64,000 nt of DNA from an uncultured Desulfospira sp. (GTDB lineage: Bacteria > Desulfobacterota > Desulfobacteria > Desulfobacterales > Desulfobacteraceae): contig OY760175.1 of assembly GCA_963663165.1 (NCBI GenBank), positions 5,856,001 through 5,920,000 on the forward strand, written 5' to 3'. The position numbers and the translations under genes are program-made. This document shows positions 10,071 through 21,200 of this stretch, piece after piece; the first letter of the stretch is position 1; every line of letters begins with the position of its first letter. The notes beneath the pieces were generated by a model. It made no database searches. It saw nothing but the letters and a program-made list of their open reading frames with translations, and was not told the DNA's origin.

Positions 10071-13000
10071 GGCGCCTCCTTTTGCCCAAAGGGATTGAGA
10101 AAGGACTTCAACCAGGACAGAAAATTTACGACATCATGGTGGCAGGCCAGCAGCACCGGAATCAGAATCAAGGTGATCACGGTGGCGAACATGATCCCGT
10201 AAGCCAGGGAAACCGCTGCCGGAATCAGGAACTGGGCCTGAAACGAGGTCTCCTGCAACAGCGGCAGAAGGCCTGCCACTGTGGTCAGGGAGGTCAGCAG
10301 AACCGCCCGAAGCCGCCCTTTGCCGGAAAGGGTAATGGCATCAACCAGGCCCATATCGCTTTCCCGCCTCAGGTTGTTGAAGGTGGAGACCAGCAGCAGG
10401 CTGTCATTGACCACCACACCGGACAGGGCAATGATACCATTAAGGGACAAAATTCCCAAGGACAGATCATTCAACCAGTGCCCTAATACCGCCCCCACAA
10501 CACCAAAGGGAATGGCTGTCATGATTAAAAAGGGCTGGATATAAGATTTTAACGGGATGGCCAAAAGAAAATAAATGATAAACAGGGCCAGGATAAACAT
10601 ATGGATCATGGAGTTTCCCGTTTCCGCCTGTTCTTCGGCCTCACCGGAGAAATTGATATCCAGGTTGGCATACTGCTGTGTGAGCTTGGGCACTATCTGT
10701 TTTTGAAGCTGCATGACCAGTTCCGTGGACGAGATCATGTCCTTGTCCACGTCCGCTGAAATATAAACGGCCCGTTTGCCGTCAATGCGGGAGATGGTGT
10801 CCCGGGTATAGCCCGAGGTGACATTGGCCACACTGGAAAGGGGGACCACCGTGCCGTCCGAGGTCCGGATATCGGCGTGCATGACGTCGCTGACGCTTTT
10901 TCTGGCATTTTCCGGATACCGGACCTTGACCTCAACCTCGTCGGCGGAGCGCTGGAACCGCTGGACCACCTGGCCGGAAAAGGCCTGAAGCACCTGTTGG
11001 GCCAGCATGTCCGTGGTGACCCCCTGGGCCCGTCCCTGTTCGGTCAGTGCCAGGTACAGCTGGGGCTGGCCCGGCTCTAAGTTGTCTTCAATGCCGCTGA
11101 CCGCTGGGATGGTGGACAAATGGGCCTTGAGTGCTTCCCCGGCCAGGGTCAGGACCGTGTCATCGCTGGAGCGAAGTTCGATTCTCAGGGCATCCACCAT
11201 GCCCGGGTGGCTTTGGACACTCAGGGTTTTGGCCCCTTCGGGCAGGGCGCAAAGCTGCCGCCACTGCCGGGTAAAGGTATTGATGTCATAGGTGGCGGTG
11301 TCGGTGAGGGAAAGCTTGACCGATCCGGCCTGGTCGGACTGGGACAGCACCTGGAGGGATTCAATGGCGCAGCCTTTATCGTCCTGGGTTTTGCGCAGCA
11401 GCCGGTCCGCCTCATAGGCCCTGGATTCAAGCCGGTTCAAGGCCCCATGGGTCTGGCCGAAACTGGCATCGTTTCTCATGGTCAGTTCGGCCCGGACCGT
11501 GTCCCCGGGAATGTCCGGAAAAAAGCTTAGCCGGACCATGCCGGTAAAGGGCATGGCAATGACAAAGATGAAAATCCCCATGAACAGAACAATTACGGTA
11601 TACCGGTGGTGAAGGGCAACCTTCATCAGCGGGCCGTACACCCGCTCGTTGACAACGTACAGGGCATGGTCGGTAAATTTTTGAATTCCAAGCCAGATGC
11701 GCTTTAAGGGGTTTCTTCCCGGGCTCTGGCCGGTATTGAGGTGGGATAAATGAGAGGGCAGAATCAGCTTGGATTCAATCACCGACAAGATCAGGCAGAT
11801 GGTAACGACAATGGCAAACTGGGAATACAGCTGTCCCAAATGGCCGCTGGTCTGGGAAATGGCGTAAAAGGCCGCCACCGTGGTAAACACCCCGAACAAG
11901 GTGGGCATGGCCACCTTAAGGGCCCCCTTAATGGTGTTTTCAATGGTGTCTCCCTCATTTGACCTTGTGGTGTAAATGCTCTCCCCGATGACCACGGCAT
12001 CATCCACCACGATCCCTAAGGCCATGATAAACCCGAAGGTGGTAAACTCGTTTAACGACAGCCCGGCAAAGGCGTCCCCCATGAAATACAGGGTCCCGAA
12101 AAAGATAAAGGGCAGGCCCATGGCCACCCAGAAGGCAACGGTGAGGTTTAAAAACAGGGCCAGAAGGGCAAACACAATGGCAAACCCGGTCAGGGCGTTG
12201 CGCCCGAGAAGTTCCAGCCGTTCGGTGATCATGGTGCTTCGGTCGTACCAGGAGGCCAGTTTAATATTGTCCGGCAGTTCCCCGCCGGCCTTAAATTCTC
12301 CCACCACTTTTTTGGCGGCAGCAACCGTCTTTAAAATATCGTCCTGGCCTGTGGTGATCACCTGGAGGGCGATGCTGGTATGGCCGTTAAACCGGGACAG
12401 GACCGGGGTTTCATCGTCAAAGGTATCGTCAATGGTGGCCACGTCCCCGAGCCTGATCCGGCTGCCGTCCTCAAGGCTGACCAGGGGGATATTGGAAAAC
12501 TCTTCTTTTAAATAGGCCTGTTCCGAGGCCTTGAGCTGGAGGTAGAGATTTTTATTTCGCAGCACGGCGGTTCTTGAGGTGCCGGATTCCGTATTAATGG
12601 CATCTTCCACATCGGACAGGGACAGGCCAAAGGATTGAAGCTGGGCTTCGTCAATCTCAACACTGATCATGGGATCCAGGTCGCCTGAAATCTCCACCCG
12701 GTTGACATAGGCATTGGCCAGCAGGTCATCTTTCAACGTTTCGGCCAGCTGCTGGAGGGTGTGGCGGTCGGCCTCTCCGTAAAACTGGAGCCAGAGGGCA
12801 TGTTCTTCCCGTTCCGCCTTTTCAATAACCGGCTTGTCCGCATCGGACGGAAAATTGGAAATGGCGTCCACCTTGGATTTGACATCCCTTAACAGGACAT
12901 CCAGGTCATAGTCGTCCTCTTTTTCCACGGTAACGGTGGTGCCGCTGGTGGTGGAAGAACTGGTAATGGATTTGATGCCCAGCACATCTTCGAGCTGTTC

Positions 13001-13219
13001 CTCGATCTTGATGGCCAGTCCCTCTTCGGACTGCTGGGCCGATCCGCTGTCATAGGTGACCGAGACGGTCAGGCTGTTGGGCTCAAGGCTTGGAAAAGCC
13101 TCTTTTCTCAATTTCCCCATCTGCATTAAGCCAAGGCTGATGATCAGGATCAGCAGCAGGTTGGCTGCCACCGGGTTCCCGGCAAACCAGGGGATGATGC
13201 CTTTCATTTTCTCACTCAT
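10064..13219 (-). CDS. RND efflux permease (AcrB/D/F family)
   Basis: 1051 aa; NPVAANLL, GIVVDDAVV, GVVVNDS and RLRAVLLTSLTT motifs. Confidence 0.93.
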   Translation of the reverse strand: MSEKMKGIIPWFAGNPVAANLLLILIISLGLMQMGKLRKEAFPSLEPNSLTVSVTYDSGSAQQSEEGLAIKIEEQLEDVLGIKSITSSSTTSGTTVTVEKEDDYDLDVLLRDVKSKVDAISNFPSDADKPVIEKAEREEHALWLQFYGEADRHTLQQLAETLKDDLLANAYVNRVEISGDLDPMISVEIDEAQLQSFGLSLSDVEDAINTESGTSRTAVLRNKNLYLQLKASEQAYLKEEFSNIPLVSLEDGSRIRLGDVATIDDTFDDETPVLSRFNGHTSIALQVITTGQDDILKTVAAAKKVVGEFKAGGELPDNIKLASWYDRSTMITERLELLGRNALTGFAIVFALLALFLNLTVAFWVAMGLPFIFFGTLYFMGDAFAGLSLNEFTTFGFIMALGIVVDDAVVIGESIYTTRSNEGDTIENTIKGALKVAMPTLFGVFTTVAAFYAISQTSGHLGQLYSQFAIVVTICLILSVIESKLILPSHLSHLNTGQSPGRNPLKRIWLGIQKFTDHALYVVNERVYGPLMKVALHHRYTVIVLFMGIFIFVIAMPFTGMVRLSFFPDIPGDTVRAELTMRNDASFGQTHGALNRLESRAYEADRLLRKTQDDKGCAIESLQVLSQSDQAGSVKLSLTDTATYDINTFTRQWRQLCALPEGAKTLSVQSHPGMVDALRIELRSSDDTVLTLAGEALKAHLSTIPAVSGIEDNLEPGQPQLYLALTEQGRAQGVTTDMLAQQVLQAFSGQVVQRFQRSADEVEVKVRYPENARKSVSDVMHADIRTSDGTVVPLSSVANVTSGYTRDTISRIDGKRAVYISADVDKDMISSTELVMQLQKQIVPKLTQQYANLDINFSGEAEEQAETGNSMIHMFILALFIIYFLLAIPLKSYIQPFLIMTAIPFGVVGAVLGHWLNDLSLGILSLNGIIALSGVVVNDSLLLVSTFNNLRRESDMGLVDAITLSGKGRLRAVLLTSLTTVAGLLPLLQETSFQAQFLIPAAVSLAYGIMFATVITLILIPVLLACHHDVVNFLSWLKSFLNPFGQKEAPC

Positions 13220-13220
13220 G

Positions 13221-14384
13221 CTATTTCTCCTCCACCGGGTTGACCGTCATCCCTTTAAGGTAATGGCTCAAGGGGTGGATCAGGATTTTCCGGGGCGTGC
13301 CGGCCAGGTCTTCGGGCGGTATGACGTAGACGGCATCCTGGTAGCTGAACAGCGGCTCTGTGGAAAAAGAGGCCAGGGTGTTGTCCGCGGCCACATACCA
13401 GATTTCCCCTTTCTGGCTGAAGGCCGATCCGGGCAGTTCCCACAGGTTGTCCATGGTCTGTCCGTTGATGGTGACCTTGACAAAGGTGTTGAACAGCAGG
13501 GGCGGGTCTGAATCCAGGGGGCTGTCCAGCGCAACGATAAGCCTTTGCTGCCTGGATTTTTCATCCACCTGGCCCAGGGCCCGCAAAATATAACCGGTCC
13601 ATTCCCGGCCGCTCTGGGCATGAACCAGGGTCACCGGCCACTTTCCGGAACTGAGGGCCTTTGTATCGGGCAGGCCCGACCATTGGGAGTCGGACAGGGA
13701 GACCGTTATTTCGGCCCGGTCGGTGCTGTAGAGGGCGGCAAGGGTGGACCCGGCCTGGACAAAGCTGCCAGGAGAAACACTCCGTTCCACCACCAGGGCG
13801 TCAAAGGGGGCCGTGATTTTGGTGTGGGACAGGTCGGCTTTGGCGGTTTCCACAGCCGCCTTGGCTGCGGCCACGGCCTGCTTGGCGGCCGCTACCTGGG
13901 GGCCCCTGAGGACCAGTTCCGAAGCCGGCTCCCCTGAAAGACCTGAAGATTGCCATTCCGCCTTGGCCTGGACCGCCTGGCGCTGTTCTTCCAGCAGGGA
14001 CAACTGGGCATCTGAAAGCTCTTTTTGGGCCGTGGCCAACGCCTGCCGGTACTCGGTATCGTCCAGCGCGGCCATCAATTCCCCTTTTTTGATCCGTTTC
14101 CCGGTCTCAAAGGCGTTGGAGAGGGTTTTAACCTGCCCTGAAACCCTGGCGGTCAGGGTAAGTTCAAAATGGGGGCTGACACTGCCAAAGCCGGTGATCC
14201 GGGCATGGTAGCTGCCGGCAGAAACCATGGTCACGGATACCTCCGGGTGCTGGACCACCTCTTCTTTCTGGAGGGCCGGCCGGGCGGCCTGGGCCTTGAC
14301 GGCTTTCTGGATATAAAGGACAATGCCGGCCACCATAAGGACGGCGGCCAGAAATACGAGAAATTGAAAAAGGCGTCGTATCAT
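13221..14384 (-). CDS. RND periplasmic adaptor (membrane fusion protein)
   Basis: N-terminal TM, ARVSGQV, coiled coil, ITAPFDA; lies between the TolC-like and RND genes. Confidence 0.9.
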   Translation of the reverse strand: MIRRLFQFLVFLAAVLMVAGIVLYIQKAVKAQAARPALQKEEVVQHPEVSVTMVSAGSYHARITGFGSVSPHFELTLTARVSGQVKTLSNAFETGKRIKKGELMAALDDTEYRQALATAQKELSDAQLSLLEEQRQAVQAKAEWQSSGLSGEPASELVLRGPQVAAAKQAVAAAKAAVETAKADLSHTKITAPFDALVVERSVSPGSFVQAGSTLAALYSTDRAEITVSLSDSQWSGLPDTKALSSGKWPVTLVHAQSGREWTGYILRALGQVDEKSRQQRLIVALDSPLDSDPPLLFNTFVKVTINGQTMDNLWELPGSAFSQKGEIWYVAADNTLASFSTEPLFSYQDAVYVIPPEDLAGTPRKILIHPLSHYLKGMTVNPVEEK

Positions 14385-15733
14385 TATTTTGCTCCAATGC
14401 CCAGCGCAAGTCCTAAGGTGATCCGGTTGGCAAGGCGTTCATATTTAAGGGTGTTCAGTTCAATGGCAAGGTCAAAGGTCTTGGTCTGTACCGTGAGCAG
14501 GTCCAGCATGTCGCAAAGCCCCTGGCGGTAACTTTTCCGGTACTGGGCAAGGGTGTCAATGGCCGTGTCAAGGGCGGCTTTAATATGGCCCTGCTGTTTG
14601 GCCAATGATCGCTCAAGCCCTAAGGCGTCCTCGATCTCCTGAATCGCAGTGTACAGGGTTTCCCGGTAGGCTTCAAAGGCCTGGGCGGTTTCAAGCCCGG
14701 CGATTTCTGCCTGGGCACGAAGCTGCCCGCCCTGAAACAGCGGTGCGGTGAGCTGGCCCAGCAAAGACCAGGCAGGACTTGTCAACAGGGCGGCCTCAGG
14801 AGAGGAAGCGGTATCGATAAGGGCGGCCTCAAGGCTGATAGAGGGCAGCAGGTCTTTATAGGCCACATCCGCATTTAAATCAGCCGCTTCAATGGCCAGA
14901 TAAGCGGCTTTAAGGTCAGGCCGCCGGTTAAGGGTCTGCTCGGGCAGGCCGGCCAAAGGGAGCAGAACATCGGCATACTCATCCGGGATGGAAACCGCTG
15001 TGCCGGGTTGGCCCAAAAGGGTGTTAAGGGCCCGCTGCTGCTGGGCAAGGGTTTCCCGGTAGCCTTCAAGGGAAGCTTTGGCCGATGAGGTTGCGCTTTT
15101 GGCGCTGTCCAGGTCTTCTAAGGTCCCTAACCCGGAACGGTACCGTTCCCTGGTATAATTTTCCGTTTTTTCAAATACTTCAAGACGCCTTTGCTCAATG
15201 GCAATGGTTTTCTTTGCCGATGTCAGCCCCAGCCAGGCGGTCATGATTTCCGCAGCCAGGGTATCCCGGGCTGACTGGTAGAGCATTTGCTGCTCTTCGA
15301 CATTCTTTAAGGCGGCCTTTGAGCTGTCTTCAAGCTTATGCCACAGATCCAGTTCCCAGCTCACGGTAAGGGAGCCGGTATACACATCATCCTGGTCCTC
15401 TTCCTTGGAACCTGAAAACCCGGCGGAGACTCCGGGCAGGGTTTCGCCTTTGGTCTGCCGGTACTCGGCCTTGCGGATTTTTAAGGTCAACAGGGTCTGG
15501 GCAAGACCCGGGTTGGCCTCAAGCCCTTTCTCAACCAGGGATTCAAGTTCCTCTGACTGGATCAGGTCTCCGAGAATGGTGACCTCCCAGCCCGTGTCAG
15601 GGCCGTTGAATGTTTCAATCTTTGTCTGTTCGTTTTCTGCCATGGCCGCATAGTCCCTGTCCTGTCCCGTGGTGGCACAGGCAAAGAGCGTCAAAAGGCA
15701 GAGTACGGACAAAATGGATTTGGGGGTGGGCAT
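14384..15733 (-). CDS. TolC/NodT-family outer-membrane efflux lipoprotein
   Basis: Lipobox LFAC, SWELDLW, RRPDLKAA, APLFQGG; ATG 15733 has an AGGAG RBS. Confidence 0.9.
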   Translation of the reverse strand: MPTPKSILSVLCLLTLFACATTGQDRDYAAMAENEQTKIETFNGPDTGWEVTILGDLIQSEELESLVEKGLEANPGLAQTLLTLKIRKAEYRQTKGETLPGVSAGFSGSKEEDQDDVYTGSLTVSWELDLWHKLEDSSKAALKNVEEQQMLYQSARDTLAAEIMTAWLGLTSAKKTIAIEQRRLEVFEKTENYTRERYRSGLGTLEDLDSAKSATSSAKASLEGYRETLAQQQRALNTLLGQPGTAVSIPDEYADVLLPLAGLPEQTLNRRPDLKAAYLAIEAADLNADVAYKDLLPSISLEAALIDTASSPEAALLTSPAWSLLGQLTAPLFQGGQLRAQAEIAGLETAQAFEAYRETLYTAIQEIEDALGLERSLAKQQGHIKAALDTAIDTLAQYRKSYRQGLCDMLDLLTVQTKTFDLAIELNTLKYERLANRITLGLALGIGAK

Positions 15734-15812
15734 CGTAACTCCTGTCTGACGGATATGGCTTCTTGCTCCCATCATATAGTTTAAAAATTCCTGTTTTCTA
15801 TCATGTACCGTC

Positions 15813-15871
15813 TAACTGCCACGGGCCGTCTTGGTTATCCAACCAAGAACCGCCCACAACAAATAATGAAA
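15813..15871 (+). repeat. Dispersed two-hairpin element, copy 2 (3' truncated)
   Basis: TAACTGCCACGGGCCGTCTTGGTTATCCAACCAAGAACCGCCCACAACAAATAATGAAA. Confidence 0.8.
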
Positions 15872-15978
15872 CTGAAGATACCAGCAACGGTAGACTATAA
15901 ATTGGGCACCGCAGGTGCTTCGCCCTCTTGTCTCTTGTTTCTTGTCTCCAGTTTCTTATAATAAGGTTTACCAGCCAG

Positions 15979-15999
15979 GGGGTTAACGAGGGGTTAACG
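15979..15999. promoter_or_regulatory. Direct repeat GGGGTTAACG x2 (11-bp period), likely OmpR-family operator
   Basis: Exact 10-mers at 15979-15988 and 15990-15999, upstream of the efflux/two-component operon. Confidence 0.55.
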
Positions 16000-16118
16000 C
16001 TTTGATTTTTTTTAAACCACCGCAGGGTAAATAAAGAATGTAAACCGGAAACGGGAAGAAGGGAGATTAAGCGTATTATTACAAATGCAGTTACCCCGGG
16101 CTTCCGATCCCCATAACC

Positions 16119-16147
16119 TTGACTGGGGAATTCATGGTGAATATACT
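16119..16147 (+). promoter_or_regulatory. sigma70-type promoter
   Basis: TTGACT-17 bp-TATACT, about 40 bp before ATG 16190. Confidence 0.65.
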
Positions 16148-16189
16148 GATTAAAGGCAAATAATGTAAACCCAAAATCAGGAACACTTT

Positions 16190-16465
16190 ATGTGGACCAA
16201 ATTAGGCATAGTCTCTCTTCTGGCCGGGGGGGCCACCGGCGTATTTACCGGCATATCATCTTTTATGCAGTCAGCGGATTTCTGGGAAAATCTGACGGTT
16301 TCACAGATCCTTCCCGGACCTTCCGACATGCTGGTTGACCTGATCCCCATAGAAAGTGTCCAGGACGGTATCGGCTATTGTCTGTATGACCTTCACCTGG
16401 GCTGGTTTTTTGTCGGGATTTCAATGTTCTTTTTTTTAGTCGGCTTTTTTTTTAAAGAAAATTAA
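16190..16465 (+). CDS. Small hypothetical membrane protein
   Basis: AGGA RBS, two hydrophobic segments, upstream promoter. Confidence 0.7.
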   Translation: MWTKLGIVSLLAGGATGVFTGISSFMQSADFWENLTVSQILPGPSDMLVDLIPIESVQDGIGYCLYDLHLGWFFVGISMFFFLVGFFFKEN

Positions 16466-16504
16466 AAACATCTGGGCGATCAGAAGATTTAAGGGGGAAC
16501 ATCG

Positions 16505-17860
16505 GTGAATGATTTCCAGAAACCAGAGGCCTTTGTTTATCCTGGCCGGAGAGAATTTTTAAAGACCGCATTTTCAAGTGCCGCAGCCCTGGCCTGGGGC
16601 GCTTTTTTTTCAGGCTGCGCCCTGGATCCGGTTACCGGCAGGCAGCAGTTGATGATGATGTCCAAAGATCAGGAAATCGGCATTGACCGGCAGCAGTCAC
16701 CGTTTCAGTTTTCTTCAGATTACGGGATTTGCCCTGACCAAAAGCTTAACCAGTATATTAAAACAGTGGGGCAATCCATGCTGCCCCATGTTCACCGGCC
16801 GGATATGCCCTACCGTTTTGAATGTGTGAATGCCGTTTATATAAATGCTTACGCATTCCCAGCAGGTTCTATCGGCGTGACCCGGGGAATTTTGCTCAAG
16901 CTTGAAAATGAAGCCGAGCTGGCGTCGCTTTTGGGGCATGAGCTGGGGCATGTCAATGCCAGGCATGCCGCAGAGCAGGCGTCGAGAAGTCAGATTTCTT
17001 CGATGATTGTCGGGGGGCTGGCGGCCCTGGCCGGCACCCAGGGGGCCGGGCTCGGTGAGTTGGCCAGTCAGATGGGGGCCTTGGGCCAGGGGGTGTTTCT
17101 GTCGAGCTACAGCCGGGACAATGAACGGGAGGCTGATGAACTCGGGCATCAGTACATGGTCGGGGCTGATTATTCATCCAAAGGCTTTGTGGGGCTTATG
17201 GAGATGCTCAACTCCCTGAAAAAGGCATCCCCCTCATCGGCCCGGATGCTGTTTGCCACCCATCCCATGAGTTCCGAACGCCTGGCCTCAGCGGTCAGCC
17301 GGGACCAGGGCGTATACCGGCATACCCACGACCTGTCCTTGAACCGGGACCGGTTTATGGACGAAACCGCCCGGTTAAGACAGAACAAACAGGCAATTGA
17401 ACTCATGCAGGAAGGGGAGACCCACCTGGCCAAAGAAGATTACGGCAAAGCTCAAACCGCCTTTAAATCAGCGGTGGAAAAATGGGAAACCGATTATACC
17501 GCAAGGCTGCTGCTGGCCAAATCCCTGCTGATTCAAAAGAAAAACAAATCCGCCGCCGCCCATGCCCGCAGGGCGGTTCAGCTTTACCCGTCAGAATCGC
17601 AAGGATATTATATTTCCGGGCTTGCCGGCGTCCGGTTAAAAGCGTGGGACAGGGCCTTTAATGATTTTAAGACATGTGACGAACTGCTTGCCGGAAACCC
17701 CACGGTTACCTTCTATAAAGGGTATGCCCTGGACAACAGCAGCAAAACAAAGCCTGCGGCCAGAGAGTATGCCGCTTATCTGAAGATGGTCAACTATGCC
17801 TCAAATTCATATTCCAAGTATGCCTATCAGCGGCTCAAGGACTGGGGTTACGTTAAATAG
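16505..17860 (+). CDS. M48-family zinc metalloprotease with TPR-like C-terminus (Tat-exported lipoprotein)
   Basis: GRREFLK twin-arginine motif, lipobox FSGC, INAYAFP, HELGH, YSRDNEREAD, ATHP. Confidence 0.9.
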   Translation: MNDFQKPEAFVYPGRREFLKTAFSSAAALAWGAFFSGCALDPVTGRQQLMMMSKDQEIGIDRQQSPFQFSSDYGICPDQKLNQYIKTVGQSMLPHVHRPDMPYRFECVNAVYINAYAFPAGSIGVTRGILLKLENEAELASLLGHELGHVNARHAAEQASRSQISSMIVGGLAALAGTQGAGLGELASQMGALGQGVFLSSYSRDNEREADELGHQYMVGADYSSKGFVGLMEMLNSLKKASPSSARMLFATHPMSSERLASAVSRDQGVYRHTHDLSLNRDRFMDETARLRQNKQAIELMQEGETHLAKEDYGKAQTAFKSAVEKWETDYTARLLLAKSLLIQKKNKSAAAHARRAVQLYPSESQGYYISGLAGVRLKAWDRAFNDFKTCDELLAGNPTVTFYKGYALDNSSKTKPAAREYAAYLKMVNYASNSYSKYAYQRLKDWGYVK

Positions 17861-18269
17861 TGTCAGAACAATAAGCCGCCCGTCTGCGGCAACCGTTGCC
17901 GATTTTTGGCGGAAGGCCTTTGCCCTGGGGTCCACCCGCCCCATGATATCTATGGTGTGGAGGAAAAAACATAATTTAAGCCCGGGGGATGCCGGCCGCC
18001 CCTGAATATTGACGCCCGGATCAAACCCTTTCATGCGCCGGCCCTTATTTCAGACCCGGATATGGCCGCAAGGGTCCGGGACAGGTTCGGCTGCCGGGGA
18101 AAATCTCTTTACGGAATTCTATAACCCTGGTATTTTTTAAGTCAAACTGTTGAATTTTAAGCATGGGACTTTGGACTTGGGAAAACAGCTATGGTTATTC
18201 TTAAGTTTCAAGTCCCATGTCTGTAACATAAGACCTTTTAAGTTAAAGAATATTTAGGAGAGACACCAT

Positions 18270-21200
18270 ATGACTCAGGAACAGAAAAAAAAGACCCTCA
18301 TCATCGGCGGCGTGAGTTTGGTTGTTCTTTTGGTCCTGTACGCCTGTACAGGGTTTTTGATCGCCCCCATGCTGGTCAAGAAGCTTCTGCCCGAAAAACT
18401 TGGGCAGGCGCTGGGCAGAACCGTTGCCGTTGAAGACGTATCCATTAACCCATTTTTGCTGAACGTGGAAGTGGTTAATTTTTCAGTTAAGAAAAAACAG
18501 GCCCCACAGGAAGATTTCATTTCCTTTAAACGGGCCTTTGTGGATCTGTCCGGAAAAAGTTTGTTCAAGCTGGCCCCGGTGGCTTCCCAGGTGACCCTGG
18601 AAGGCCCGAGTGCCGCCATCGTCCTCAACCCGGACCAGACCTTTAATTTCAGTGATTTAATGGTGCCCTCGGAAAAAGAGCCGGCCCCAGAGAATGAAGA
18701 GAAAAAATGGTTTGGATTTTCCGTGTCCAATATCCAGATCATTGACGGAAAGATTTTGTTTTCAGACAAGGTCAGGGGAACCGATCATGCCGTTGAGGAC
18801 CTTGACGTTGACCTGCCCCTGATCAGCAGTTTTGAAAAGGACCTTGAGAACCCGGTCAATCTGGATGTCAGCCTCTTGCTCAACCAGGCCAAAATAACTT
18901 TAGGGCTTGAAAGCCGCCCCTTTTCTGCTGATCTTGAAACCCGCCTGACCCTGGCGGTTTCCGCCATGGACCTGACCCATTATCTGAACTATGTCCCGGT
19001 GCCTGAGGCCATTGCCGTTAAAAGCCTGAATTTTGGCTGTGATATCCAGGGCGATTTTGTCCAGACAGACGGCACCACCCGCTCCCTGGTTCTGCAGGGC
19101 AGTGCCGGCTTAGAACAGCTCAGCATTCAGGAAAAAGGCGGGGCAGAGGTTCTGGATCTGCCCAAACTTTCTGTAAAGCTCAACCCGTCAGACCTGCTGA
19201 AAACCCAGGTGAATCTGGAAAGCGTGATCTTAGACGCCCCCCGGATCCGTGTGGGCCGGGATAAAAACGGGACCCTCAACCTGATTTCCTATCTGGGCCT
19301 TGCCGAAGCTGCCGCAAAACAGAAGGCTGAAAATCCGGAGAATGCCCCCCCTTCTGAACCGGCTGAGGAAACCGCCGCCCCGGCATCTGACACCCCGGAA
19401 ACCGTTGCCCAGGAATCAGCGACCCCTGATACGGCGGCCACCCCGGAAGCAGCAACCAAACCGGCGCAACCGGCCGGACAGGCGTCTGCCGCACCATCCA
19501 AGGCACCGGCCATTGCCCTTAAACTGAACCAGGCCAAAGTTCAGGGCATGGTCATCTCCTTTACAGACCAGTCCAATTCTCACCCCTTTGAAATGACCAT
19601 CAATCCCCTGGACATCCAGGTGGATCAGGTCCGGTTTGACGGCACCTGTGCCACCGGCGACCTTGGCCTGTCTTTGAAAACCGGCAATAATGAAACCATT
19701 ACCGTCAAAGGCCAGTTTGCCAGTGCGCCCTTAACGCTGGATATGGATGTGGCCATGGCCGACTGGGATTTGACCCATTATGCCCCGTATTATCAGGATA
19801 TGGTGGGGTTTGACCTTAAGGGGGGAACATTTAAGGTGGCTGTGGGGATCAAGGTGGCACAGGACCCGGACAAGGCGGATGCCCCCTTGAATATCCTGGT
19901 GGAAAACAAGGCGTTTACCCTTTCTGCTCTTGACATCTGGGACCGGGTGGCCAAGGAAAGCCCGGTTAAGGTCCCTGAGCTCACCGTTACCGGATCTACC
20001 GTTGATGTGAGCAGCAAAAAGGTGAATTTGGGAAACATCGCCACATCCAACGGCCGCCTGATCATCCGGCGCAAATCCGACGGCACCTTGAACCTGGTGT
20101 CCAATTTAATGGGACAGCCCGCAACGGCCAAACCATCTTCCAAATCGGCTAAAACCGATAAAACGACCGGTAAATCCGGCAAAGCAGCCAAGTCTGCCGG
20201 CAAAGGAACCGGCCCGGAATCAGCGGACTGGCAAGTGGCCATTGGGTCTTTTGACCTGGGCGGATATGCCCTATCCTTTCAGGACAAGACCACCAAAACC
20301 CCGGTTAAACTGGATCTGTCAGACATTGCCGTTAAGGCATCGGATATCGGAACGGCCATTACCAGTAAAGGCGCGGTTGAAGCCGGCATGACCTGGAATA
20401 AAAAAGGAAAGATCAAGGCCAAAGGCGATTTTATTTTACCCGAGCTTAAATCCAACCTTAACCTTGACCTGACCCAAATCGACATCAAACCCCTGGAGCC
20501 CTATTTTACCGAGGCCATTAAAATCTCCATTACCAGCGGGTTTATCAACACCAAAGGCAAGGTGTCTTTGGACCTGAACAAAAAGCCGGAACCGGCCATT
20601 TCCTTTAAGGGTGAATCGTCTTTGAATAATTTTCTGTCCCTGGACAAGGCCACAAGCAACGATTTTTTCAAGTGCAATTCACTGAGTTTCTCCGGGGTGG
20701 ATGTGTCTATGTCCCCCATGAAAATCAATATAAAGGGGATTTCCCTTACGGATTTTTATTCGCGGCTGATACTTTCCAAAGACGGGCAGCTCAACGTCAA
20801 ACAGGTGTTTATGCAGGAAGATGAGGCCGCAACGGCGGATGCCGAGGCCGGCGCCAAGGCCAAGACGGCCAAAACCGCCCAAAGTGCCAAACCTGCCCCG
20901 AAAGCTCCTGCTGGCGGTTCTGCTGGTCCTGAAATCAATGTGGACAACATTACCCTGACCGGGGGCCACATTGAGTTTTCCGATTATTTTAACAAGCCCA
21001 ATTTTACCTCCAACATGAAGGAGATCACGGGGTCTGTTAACGGGCTTTCATCAATGGATTCGTCCAACCCGGCCCAGGTGGGGTTAAAAGGGGTCCATGG
21101 GGACTCTTCGCCCCTGGTCATATCCGGCCGGATCAGCCCTTTGACCCAGAAGAAATTTGTGGATCTCAACGTGTCCTTCAAGGATATCGAGCTGGCCAAA

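Noticed and set aside
17861..18269. ~400-bp intergenic region as an ncRNA or small gene
   Set aside because: No recognisable RNA family; the short ORFs lack convincing RBS or motifs
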